From contig NZ_JMCB01000025.1 in assembly GCF_000737315.1 (NCBI RefSeq), positions 1 through 64,000 of the forward strand: a DNA stretch of 64,000 nt. Reading direction: 5' to 3'. Positions within the stretch are counted from its first letter, which is position 1. Each line of letters starts with the position of its first letter. Position numbers and translations under genes: made by a program. This DNA is from Hyalangium minutum (GTDB taxonomy: Bacteria; Myxococcota; Myxococcia; Myxococcales; Myxococcaceae). Below the pieces are notes generated by a model, which worked only from the letters and a program-made list of their open reading frames with translations, did not search any database and was not told the DNA's origin. This document shows positions 1 to 13,637 of the stretch, piece after piece.

Positions 1-416
1 GCCGCCTCAGCGCCACCGGCGCCGCCACCACCGCCCGCGCCCTCAGCGCCACCGGCGCCGCCCGCGCCCTCACCGCCGCCAGCCGCCGGGGCCTCGCCGC
101 CCTTGGCGCCCTTCTTCCCGAGCATCTCCTCGAGCTGCTGGATGAACTTCTTCAGGCCCTCGACCAGCTTGTTCAGAGAGTCCTCGGAGGTGGCCTCCTT
201 GCCCTCGGCCTTCTCGGCCTTGCCCGCGTGCTTCGCGCCGTGCGCGCCCTTGCCCTCGAAGCTGTCACCCATGAGCTTCTGGAAGAGCGGGTTGCTCTTC
301 AGGCCCTCAAAGGCGCCCTTCAGATCCTGAACCGCCTTGGTGACCTCGGTGGGAGCAGTGCGGGGGAGCGAGGTGATGCCGAAGCCGCCGGTAGGACCCT
401 TGGGAGCGCCGATCAT
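1..416 (-). CDS. Gly/Ala-rich low-complexity hypothetical protein, 3' end runs off the window (absent from the ORF track)
   Basis: ATG at 416 preceded by GGAGA; open frame MIGAPKGPTGGFGITSLPRTAPTEVTKAVQDLKGAFEGLKSNPLFQKLMGDSFEG...LKKFIQQLEEMLGKK then GGAGGAEGAG repeats to the edge. Confidence 0.75.
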   Translation of the reverse strand, partial: MIGAPKGPTGGFGITSLPRTAPTEVTKAVQDLKGAFEGLKSNPLFQKLMGDSFEGKGAHGAKHAGKAEKAEGKEATSEDSLNKLVEGLKKFIQQLEEMLGKKGAKGGEAPAAGGGEGAGGAGGAEGAGGGGGAGGAEA

Positions 417-606
417 GGGAATTCTCCAGTACAGAGGTAGGTGAAGCGGTGGTTGGTGAAGGCTGCGCTGCAACCTTCGCCCTTGTTCTCGTACATGGGG
501 TGATATGTGTTGCTTCTACGCCTACATTTTTTATTCGAGAGCCTGAGAAGCCCTGTGAACACGCAGGCTTGGCGGCTCGATCGCGATCAAAAAATGTCCC
601 AAGTGC

Positions 607-628
607 CCGGAAATTCTCCGGAAAATCT
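607..628. repeat. 11-bp tandem direct repeat CCGGAAATTCT/CCGGAAAATCT in an AT-richer intergenic region; possible regulator binding site
   Basis: two adjacent copies with one mismatch, between the 671-1222 gene end and the start at 416. Confidence 0.4.
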
Positions 629-670
629 GTTTAGCCCGGCCAAAAGATCACAGCCGGGCCGTATGGAAGT

Positions 671-1222
671 TCAGTCCTTGGGTGGATCATCCGAGCGCTC
701 AAGCACGACGCCAAAGGGAACAGTCTCAATGCCGAGGCTTCGGCACTCGCCGATTCGTGACCCCTTGAACCTCTCCTGAAGCAGGAGTTCGTACGTCACT
801 TTGAAGCGACCGCAGAGCTCCGCGAGCATGTCCCCAGGGTGGGCTTCGGAGAGGACGCGGAAGGCCGCGCGGTTGGCCATATCCGCTGCGGCGGCTTGGG
901 CCTCCTCCAAGAGAATTTCACCTTGAAGGCTCCTGACGGGGAGGCCTACCTCGAACTTGCACACGGTGGTGGCGCCTGAATCGCCCTGCGTCATTTGTGC
1001 GTGGATGCAGACGGCACGCCATCCGCCCGCTTGCCCTTTGGCGCGTGGGGGTTTGACGGTCGTCCTGAACCGGAAGTGCTCGGGTGTAATGCGCCCAGTG
1101 ACGGGATTGAGAGGAGAGCGGCCGTGGGTGCATCCCTGCCCGATGAGCAGCAGCACGAGACACAGCCCTGCGAGCACAGGCCTCGCGAGAGGAAAGGCGA
1201 ACCTCTGGGGGTGGAGCTTCAA
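671..1222 (-). CDS. putative lipoprotein, myxobacterial uncharacterised family
   Basis: hydrophobic signal then GQGC lipobox-like Cys; four more Cys in the mature part; ATGA overlap with upstream gene at 1219-1222. Confidence 0.7.
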   Translation of the reverse strand: MKLHPQRFAFPLARPVLAGLCLVLLLIGQGCTHGRSPLNPVTGRITPEHFRFRTTVKPPRAKGQAGGWRAVCIHAQMTQGDSGATTVCKFEVGLPVRSLQGEILLEEAQAAAADMANRAAFRVLSEAHPGDMLAELCGRFKVTYELLLQERFKGSRIGECRSLGIETVPFGVVLERSDDPPKD

Positions 1223-1812
1223 GGTAGGTTGTCGAGCTGCCTATCAAAGAGAGCGTCAAGCAGCGTGGCCTGTTCACCGCTGCCATGAGGGACAAAGAGT
1301 CCTGGTATGCGAACGTTGGCGAGGTGGGTGGGGAAGGGCCGATACCCCAGAACGCGTTCGATACTCTGTGCGAGCGTGACCGTATAGGGCCTGACTTCGT
1401 CCGTTGGGTCGAAGGTGAAGTGAGGCACGTTGGGAGCGCGAGGGTCAGTGTCCGTGATGCAGTATGTGATGTAGAGCGGAGCCAGAACGCTCACAGCAGC
1501 CACTGCGCGGCTGATGCGCTGTGCTCCCTCCGGCGGCGATAGCGTGACAGCCTTGGAGCAGCGGCGGCACGCGGCCATGTAGGGCTGGGTGACATCTCCT
1601 ATTCCACCAAGCTGGCTATCGAGCTCCTCTAGAAGGGTGTCCCACTTCGGCCACTCCATGGCGCGTTTCCAGGCCAACATCCATTGCTGGTGTTGCGGAG
1701 TCTGGGTGTAGGAGGGGACTTCCTGTCTGTAGCCATCTGCCGGATTGAAGTGACCGCAGGGGTAGTAGCGGTGGACAAGGTCGACGAGTTCCTGTTCGCG
1801 CGGGTCATTCAT
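1219..1812 (-). CDS. hypothetical protein (197 aa from MNDPREQ)
   Basis: ATG at 1812 overlaps the GMC stop (ATGA); protein-like composition, ends ATLLDALFDRQLDNLP. Confidence 0.7.
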   Translation of the reverse strand: MNDPREQELVDLVHRYYPCGHFNPADGYRQEVPSYTQTPQHQQWMLAWKRAMEWPKWDTLLEELDSQLGGIGDVTQPYMAACRRCSKAVTLSPPEGAQRISRAVAAVSVLAPLYITYCITDTDPRAPNVPHFTFDPTDEVRPYTVTLAQSIERVLGYRPFPTHLANVRIPGLFVPHGSGEQATLLDALFDRQLDNLP

Positions 1813-3485
1813 GGCCGCCTTGAGCCGCTGGGCTGGGACTTGAGCTTCCGGACGAGGTGGTGGGCCACGCGGAAGCTGTTGGCGGCGATCGTCAGGGTGG
1901 AGGGGACGCTGCCGGCGCTGGGCATGAAGCTGCCGTCCACCACGTAGAGGTTGTTCACCTCGTGGGCGCGGCAATCCTTGTCGAGCACGGAGGTGGCCGG
2001 ATCCGCTCCGAAGCGGCAGGTGCCGTGCTGGAGGATGGTGGTCTCCCCGGCGATGCCCACGCGCTTCATGTCATCCGGGTCCAGGCGCATGAGCACTTCC
2101 TCGCCGCGCTCCACGAGGAAGCGCGTGGCGGCGAAGTCCATGGGGTGGCGGTCCATCGTGATGGCAGCCACGGGCAGGCCGTACTTGTCCTTCACATTGG
2201 GCTCCACGGTGACGTAGGTGCCCGGGGTGGCGAGGAACTCGCCGTACACCTCGAACTGGAGGATGCGCGAGTCGCGGTACTCGCGCATGCGCTCCTTGAG
2301 CGCCTTGCCGAACACGCCCTCCTTGCCGGAGCCCGCCAGGCCTACGGCGGCGAAGATGGGGTTGGGGTGCGTCCACATGAAGCCCAGGGTCCCGCCCTTG
2401 CGGAAGCCGAAGCGGTCATCCGGCATCAGGTAGAAGTCCTGGAGGCTGCGGTTGACGAACGGATCCGGCGCGGAGAGCCAGGGCCGCGAGGCCTTCTGCT
2501 TGGAGAGGCGGAAGGTGGCGCGCGCCTCGCCGAACGAGCTGAACATGAGGTTCTGGCCCACCAGCCCGTTGCCGTTGGCCAGCCCCTTGGGGAAGCGGCT
2601 GGAGGTGGAGTTGAGCAAGAGCCGCGCGCTCTCCACGGCGGTGCAGGAGACGACGATGATCTTCGCGGGCTGTTCCTGCTCCACACCCTCGGGGTCCAGG
2701 TAGACGACGCTCTTGGCGCGCCCCTCTTTGTCCACTTCGATGGAGCGGGCCATGCACTTGGGGCGCAGCTCCACATTGCCGGTGGCGAGGGCGGCGGGGA
2801 TGAGGTTGGCGTTGGTGCCGCTCTTGGCGCCCATCTCGCAGCCGTAGCTGCCGCACAGCGCGCAGTACGCGCACGCCGAGCGCCCCCGGTACGGCTTGCT
2901 GATGATGCCGCGCGCGGTGGTGAGCGGGTGCCACTTCATCTCCGTGCAGACCCGGTCGATCTCCCGAGCGATCGGGTGCACGTCGAGCGGAGGCAGCGGG
3001 AAGGGGCCGCTGCGGGGCTCGGCGAAGGGGTGGGGGCGGGCCTCGCCGGAGACGCCCAGCTCGGCCTCGGCCTTGTCATAGAAGGGGGCGAACTCCTCGT
3101 AGGAGAGGGGCCAGTCGGCGAGGTTGGCGCCCTTCACGTTGCCCAGCGTGGAGCGCAGGCGGAAGTCCACCGGCTTGAGCCGGTAGAAGTAGCCGCTCAT
3201 GTGCACGGTGCCGCCGCCCACGCAGTTGGCCGTCCATGCGGAGTTGGTGCGCTCGTAGCGAGCGCTGGGGCCGGTGCGCACGAGGTGGGGCTCCTCCCAC
3301 GGCAGCGGCATGAAGAAGTTGCGGCGGCTGTTGAGGATCTCGTCGTGGACGAAGTCCTTCGGGTGGTAGTGGGCGCCCTTCTCCAGCACCACGACTTTGA
3401 AGCCCGCGCGGCCCAGCTCCAGCGCCATGGGAGCGCCGCCCGCGCCGCTGCCGATGATGCAGATGTCCACCGGGTCCTTCGTCAT
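1809..3485 (-). CDS. GMC family FAD oxidoreductase (gluconate 2-dehydrogenase flavoprotein-like)
   Basis: N-terminal IIGSGAGG dinucleotide-binding motif, VGGGTVH, C-terminal HGTCRFG and NLYVVDGSFMP. Confidence 0.92.
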   Translation of the reverse strand: MTKDPVDICIIGSGAGGAPMALELGRAGFKVVVLEKGAHYHPKDFVHDEILNSRRNFFMPLPWEEPHLVRTGPSARYERTNSAWTANCVGGGTVHMSGYFYRLKPVDFRLRSTLGNVKGANLADWPLSYEEFAPFYDKAEAELGVSGEARPHPFAEPRSGPFPLPPLDVHPIAREIDRVCTEMKWHPLTTARGIISKPYRGRSACAYCALCGSYGCEMGAKSGTNANLIPAALATGNVELRPKCMARSIEVDKEGRAKSVVYLDPEGVEQEQPAKIIVVSCTAVESARLLLNSTSSRFPKGLANGNGLVGQNLMFSSFGEARATFRLSKQKASRPWLSAPDPFVNRSLQDFYLMPDDRFGFRKGGTLGFMWTHPNPIFAAVGLAGSGKEGVFGKALKERMREYRDSRILQFEVYGEFLATPGTYVTVEPNVKDKYGLPVAAITMDRHPMDFAATRFLVERGEEVLMRLDPDDMKRVGIAGETTILQHGTCRFGADPATSVLDKDCRAHEVNNLYVVDGSFMPSAGSVPSTLTIAANSFRVAHHLVRKLKSQPSGSRRP

Positions 3486-4123
3486 CGGTGGTCTCCGCAC
3501 TCACGCAGGCACTTGGGCCCGTCGTAGCCCTCAGGGGGGGCCATGGCCACGGTGCCCACCGTGTCGAATCCCACGAGGCGCCAGCCCACCCGGCCTTGGT
3601 TGCCGCCGTAGGAGGGGTCTCCCAGGAAGCCCTCCAGTGTCAGCACCATGAGCAGCTCGAAGAAGTGCGCCTCACCGGAGCCCGCGTCGCTGTCCTTGAA
3701 GATGGCGAGCAGCTCGTCCTGCTGCTCGGGGGAAGCGTCCACGAAGCCCTTCTTGAACATGCTGCGCGAGCGCCGCTCCAGCGCCGACAGGCCCTGGAGG
3801 AAGTCGGACTTCATCTGCTTGAGCTCGGGCGTCTGCAGCATCAGGTCGATGTAGGCGGGGACGTTCGCGTCCTTGGCGCCCGGGTCCTCGTCGCGGGGGA
3901 GGATGCGCTCGCAGGCGGCGGCCACGGTGGCGAGCTCCAGGGCGCTGAACGTGCCGTGCGGCGAGGTGCCCGTGGGGGGGGCGGTGACGGGCTTGGGCGC
4001 CTCCTCAGCGGGGCGCTTGCAGGCGGCGGCGCCGAGCAGCACCACGCCGCCGCCGAAGAAGGTGAGCCGCTGGATGAAGGAGCGCCGGGAGAGCCGTCCC
4101 GGAGAGGATCGCTTGCGGGCCAT
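3482..4123 (-). CDS. gluconate 2-dehydrogenase subunit 3 family protein with Tat signal
   Basis: LSRRSFI twin-arginine motif; ERILPRDEDPGA, EGFLGDPSYGGN motifs; ATGA-coupled to the GMC gene. Confidence 0.88.
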   Translation of the reverse strand: MARKRSSPGRLSRRSFIQRLTFFGGGVVLLGAAACKRPAEEAPKPVTAPPTGTSPHGTFSALELATVAAACERILPRDEDPGAKDANVPAYIDLMLQTPELKQMKSDFLQGLSALERRSRSMFKKGFVDASPEQQDELLAIFKDSDAGSGEAHFFELLMVLTLEGFLGDPSYGGNQGRVGWRLVGFDTVGTVAMAPPEGYDGPKCLRECGDHR

Positions 4124-4237
4124 AGGGTGGACAAGCCTAGGCCGGGCCTCCGCCTTTGCAAAACCGATCTCCAGGCGTCTTGGCCGCCCGGGGCTGGCAT
4201 AGGATGACGGGCCTTGGCCGGACACGAAGGAGAACGC

Positions 4238-5548
4238 ATGAGACGGCATTTCCTGGCACTGTGCCTCACGCTCGCCCTGACGGCGTGCAAGGGAGGCGAC
4301 GACACCACGCCCGATGGGGGCGTGAAGCCCGATGGGGGTTCGAACCCGAGCTCCCCCTTCACGAAGCTCACGCTGGACGAGACGGCGAGTGATCTCCAGC
4401 CGCTGTCGCTCGCCGTCGGTCCGGGCGATGTGGTGGGCGTAGCCTACTTCTTCCGTGTCACCCCCACCTCTCCCGACTACGAGATCCGCTACATCCAGGT
4501 GTCGGGTGGGCAGGTGTCTTCGTCGGAGAAGGTGGCGACGGTGCAGCGCGTATACGGGCTGTCCCTCGCGTTCGACTCGAACGGCCGGCCCGCGGTGGCG
4601 TACCTGGGAGGCGGGAGTGATCAGTCCGCCTTCTGGTTCCAGAGTGACACGGCCGTGGCCTTCCGCACTGGTGCCAACCAGTGGACGGAGAGCGTTGCGG
4701 TGCGCAGGAGCAACGAGGCCGCTACCGGTTATGACGTGAGCGATAACGGCTTCCTGGTGGGAATCAATCCGGCGCTCGTCTTCAACGGCACGCAAGCGTT
4801 CGTGGCGTACCGGGACGCGCACAATGGCCAGGGCCCCCAGGGTGACTATGCCGGCAGTGATGTCGAGGTCGCCATCGGTGGCCCGGGCAGCTGGACGGCG
4901 CGCATGGTGCAGATGGGAGCCAACGACAAGCTGGGGCACGGGGGCCACATCAACATGGTGATGGCCAACGGGCAGCCAGCGATGGTGTACGACCTGGTGC
5001 TCGGCAGCGCGGATGGCACGGGCCAAAACGTCCTCTTCCAGCGGCGGAAGGCGGATGGCACGTGGACGACGAAGTACCTGGTGCAGGCGGTGGGCAACAC
5101 GCAGCGGGGCGCGTCGCTGGCGTGGGATCCGGTGCTCGGTTACGGCATCGCTGTGGTGGACCGCTCCGACAGCAAGCTCACCTTCACCGAGTGCAAGGGG
5201 AACACGGCCACTCAGTGCACCGTGGGCTCGGACTGGCTGGCGCCGGACCCGGTGTACCAAGCGGGCAGCGGTGGATGGTACCCCTCGCTGGCCATCGATC
5301 CGGCGACGCATGATCCGTCCATCGCGTTCTACATCTGCTCGAACTCGGCGGGCGCCAACGAGGGCGGGTGCAGCCCGAACGATGACGAGCTTCGAGTGAC
5401 GACCCGCGTCGAGGGCAACTGGCGCGAGGTGCTGGTGGACAGCGAGGGCGGCTGGTCTCCGAAGATGGCGTACCTGTCCACGGGCCAGCGGGTGATCGCA
5501 TACCGGCATCCGTTCACCGGCGCGCTGAAGCTCGCGGTGGAGCAATGA
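4238..5548 (+). CDS. lipoprotein with beta-strand/propeller-like repeats
   Basis: AAGGAGA RBS; MRRHFLALCLTLALTAC lipobox; repeated SLAFD/SLAWD/SLAID motifs. Confidence 0.8.
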   Translation: MRRHFLALCLTLALTACKGGDDTTPDGGVKPDGGSNPSSPFTKLTLDETASDLQPLSLAVGPGDVVGVAYFFRVTPTSPDYEIRYIQVSGGQVSSSEKVATVQRVYGLSLAFDSNGRPAVAYLGGGSDQSAFWFQSDTAVAFRTGANQWTESVAVRRSNEAATGYDVSDNGFLVGINPALVFNGTQAFVAYRDAHNGQGPQGDYAGSDVEVAIGGPGSWTARMVQMGANDKLGHGGHINMVMANGQPAMVYDLVLGSADGTGQNVLFQRRKADGTWTTKYLVQAVGNTQRGASLAWDPVLGYGIAVVDRSDSKLTFTECKGNTATQCTVGSDWLAPDPVYQAGSGGWYPSLAIDPATHDPSIAFYICSNSAGANEGGCSPNDDELRVTTRVEGNWREVLVDSEGGWSPKMAYLSTGQRVIAYRHPFTGALKLAVEQ

Positions 5549-5562
5549 AGGAGCGGAGCCCG

Positions 5563-6075
5563 ATGCGGAAGTTGCTGAGGCTCTCGGGGCTGCTGGTGGG
5601 GTGGGGGCTGCTGGGCTGCGGCGGCTCCAACTCGTTGTCGGGCAGCGTGGAAGAGCTGTTCTCGCTGGAGGTGTCTCGCGTGGAGGTGCTGCGCAACGAA
5701 GAGGCACTCCAGGTGAGCTACTACCGCAATAACGGCCTGGACGTGGACCTGGTGGCGCGCCTCTCGGTGGCCACCGAGGGGCTCGAGCTGAAGCCCGGCA
5801 GCAAGGTGAACCTGGCGGGCAAGACGGACCTCGGGCGGCTCCGGGCCACGGTGGTTCACCTGGCTGCGGGTGAACCCGCGCGCGTCTTCGCCGAGGTGGA
5901 CAAGGGAGACCTGGAGATCGACGAGGGCGGGGGCATCGACCAGCCCACGCGCGGCAACTTCTCCATGTCCTTCAAGAAGGGAGGAGACTACGGCTCGGGC
6001 CGCAGCCTGGAGGGCCGCTTCGCTGGGCTCGCCCTGGATGCGGGCTTCGGGCCGGAGCCCCTCCCGCTGCCGTGA
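5563..6075 (+). CDS. putative lipoprotein
   Basis: AAGGAG RBS; MRKLLRLSGLLVGWGLLGC lipobox; alternative start at 5545 overlaps the upstream stop. Confidence 0.75.
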   Translation: MRKLLRLSGLLVGWGLLGCGGSNSLSGSVEELFSLEVSRVEVLRNEEALQVSYYRNNGLDVDLVARLSVATEGLELKPGSKVNLAGKTDLGRLRATVVHLAAGEPARVFAEVDKGDLEIDEGGGIDQPTRGNFSMSFKKGGDYGSGRSLEGRFAGLALDAGFGPEPLPLP

Positions 6076-6095
6076 ACCCCCGAGAGGAGTGAAGG

Positions 6096-10089
<3,994 letters not shown>

Positions 10090-10107
10090 GCGGAGCGAGG
10101 GCTCCGG

Positions 10108-10752
10108 CTACTGCACGCAGACCTGGGCCAGGCCCTGGGAGACCGGGGACACCTGGGTCCGGGCGTACTGCGCGAGGCCCTCGGCGCCGTTGTCCAGGAG
10201 CATCTGCCGCGCCTGGGCCACGGCCTCGGCCGAGTGCAGCGCCACGGTGTTGCCGACGGCGTCCGTCACGGAGATGGCGCCATCCAGCTCGCCCTGAGCC
10301 TGGAGCACGAGCGCGCCGCTCTCGTCGCGGACGGCCATGCCGTTCTCGAGCAGCTCGAAGTAGCGGACCATGGGAGCCTGGCCCGCGCGCTCCACCTCCA
10401 CCTTCATGACTCCCGAGGCGTCATCCCGCGTGAGGCGCAGCGTCTCCTCGGGGCTGAGGCGGACGATGCGGGTGTGCGAGTCCGGGGCGTCCGCGCTGGC
10501 GGACACGGGGTTGGAGCCGGTCCAGAACTCGATGCTGTTGATGACGAGCGCGTCCACCAGCGTGCCGATGCCGTACACGGGGACGATGGCCATCACCAGG
10601 AACACCGCCCACTGGATGAACTTGTTGGGCGAGACGTTCTTGTTGAACTGCCAGATCGCGCGCGTGAGGGCGAACTGGCCGAAGCACCCGGACACGTGCA
10701 GCGAGAAGAAAGCCACGCACAGCACCGCCAGCAGACGGGAAGCACGCTTCAT
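10108..10752 (-). CDS. DUF3332 family lipoprotein
   Basis: GCFGQFALTRAIW...LVDALVINSIEFWTGSNPV pattern. Confidence 0.8.
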   Translation of the reverse strand: MKRASRLLAVLCVAFFSLHVSGCFGQFALTRAIWQFNKNVSPNKFIQWAVFLVMAIVPVYGIGTLVDALVINSIEFWTGSNPVSASADAPDSHTRIVRLSPEETLRLTRDDASGVMKVEVERAGQAPMVRYFELLENGMAVRDESGALVLQAQGELDGAISVTDAVGNTVALHSAEAVAQARQMLLDNGAEGLAQYARTQVSPVSQGLAQVCVQ

Positions 10753-10781
10753 ACGGGAATACCCCTCCAAGGGACGACGGG

Positions 10782-12146
<1,365 letters not shown>

Positions 12147-12317
12147 GAACGGCGGGGATTCTAGTGGGCTTTCCGGCCGTTGGTGATTTCCCGGAGGTTC
12201 GGAGTGTCCGGGGGGGGGGCCGTTGGGCCTGCTTCCGGGGCAGGCGAGCGGGTTCGTGGTTCCGGGAGCCCCTCGCTCCTTATATAGGGGCAGCGCTCCT
12301 TTCTCCTCGGTGGGTGT

Positions 12318-13532
12318 ATGAACCGCCCGACGTCCCGCGCCCCCGCAGCCCTCTTGGCTCTCGCCTACCTGGCTTTCATCAGCCTCGGCCTGCCGGATGC
12401 GGTGCTGGGGGTGGCGTGGCCCTCGGTGCGGGACAGCTTCCAACTGCCGCAGGCCCTGCTCGGTGCGCCGCTGGCGCTCGCGGCGACGGCCTACTTCATC
12501 TCGGGGTTGCTCGCGGGGAGGCTGATCCAGAGTGTGGGGATTGGCTTGCTGCTCGCGGCGAGCACGGCGACCGTGGCCGCGGCGGTGCTGGGGTTCGCTG
12601 CGGCGCCGGCCTTCCTGATCATCCTCCTCGTAACGCCGTTCATGGGGTTTGGCTCGGGCGCCATCGATGCCGCGCTGAATACCTACGCGGCTCGCAACTT
12701 CAGCCCGAAGCATATGTCCTGGCTCCACGCGGCCTATGCGGCGGGAGCCACGGCGGGCCCGGCCATCATGACGGCCGTGCTGAGCCGAGGGGGCACGTGG
12801 CGGATGGGGTATGGGGTGGTCGGGGGGCTCCTGGCAGCCTTGGTGGTGGCCTTCGTCGCCACGAGGAATCTCTGGGGGAGGGGAGAGCCCACGGCGCAGG
12901 TGCTGGTGGATACGCCTGTGGGGACGGGGCCCGTGCCGCTGGAGGACAAGCCCATCGGGACGTTCTCCGCGCTGCGCAGCGGGCGGGTGTGGCTGCAGAT
13001 CGTGATTTTCTTCTTCTATACGGGGATCGAGGTCTCCGCAGGCCAGTGGAGCTACACACTGCTCACCGAGGGCCGCGGATTGGGCAGCGCGGCGGCGGGG
13101 ACCTGGGTCGCGGTCTATTGGGGTGGGTTGTTGGCGGGGCGGCTCGTGCTGGGCTTCGTGGTCGAGCGGGTGGGGCAAGCGCGGATGCTGCGGTTCGCGA
13201 CGGTGGGCGCGCTCGTCTCGGCGGTGATCTTCGCCATTCCTGGGACGTCCTGGGGGGTTGTGGCACTGCCGCTGCTGTCGTTCTCGCTGGCCTCGATTTA
13301 TCCGGGGCTCATGGCGGAGACGCCTCGGCGGATGGGTGAGCAGCTTGCGCCGCACGCGGTGGGCTTCCAGGTGAGCGCGGCGACATTGGGCGTGGCCGTG
13401 CTGCCCAGCCTCGCGGGCATCTTGAGCGAGCGCTTCGGCCTCGAGGTGATTGGGCCCCTGATTGCCTGCTGCGCCCTGATGCTGCTGGTGCTGCACGAGC
13501 GGCTCATCGCCTTGGCCGACCGGGCGCCTTGA
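12318..13532 (+). CDS. MFS transporter
   Basis: about 12 hydrophobic segments; LGLPDAVLGVAWPS and GAIDAALN motifs. Confidence 0.9.
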   Translation: MNRPTSRAPAALLALAYLAFISLGLPDAVLGVAWPSVRDSFQLPQALLGAPLALAATAYFISGLLAGRLIQSVGIGLLLAASTATVAAAVLGFAAAPAFLIILLVTPFMGFGSGAIDAALNTYAARNFSPKHMSWLHAAYAAGATAGPAIMTAVLSRGGTWRMGYGVVGGLLAALVVAFVATRNLWGRGEPTAQVLVDTPVGTGPVPLEDKPIGTFSALRSGRVWLQIVIFFFYTGIEVSAGQWSYTLLTEGRGLGSAAAGTWVAVYWGGLLAGRLVLGFVVERVGQARMLRFATVGALVSAVIFAIPGTSWGVVALPLLSFSLASIYPGLMAETPRRMGEQLAPHAVGFQVSAATLGVAVLPSLAGILSERFGLEVIGPLIACCALMLLVLHERLIALADRAP

Positions 13533-13637
13533 GTTCGTGGGCTGCGGCCCTCTCTCCGTGAGCGCGGCTGAGGTTCCACGAACCCCGCACGCCGCCCGCG
13601 CGCAGCATGAGGTCGTGCGTGGTAAAGGGGGCGCCGC

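Noticed and set aside
1-110. GCGCCACCGGCGCCGCC-type repeats at the window start as a CRISPR or REP array
   Set aside because: They encode the Gly/Ala repeats of an open reading frame and have no unique spacers.
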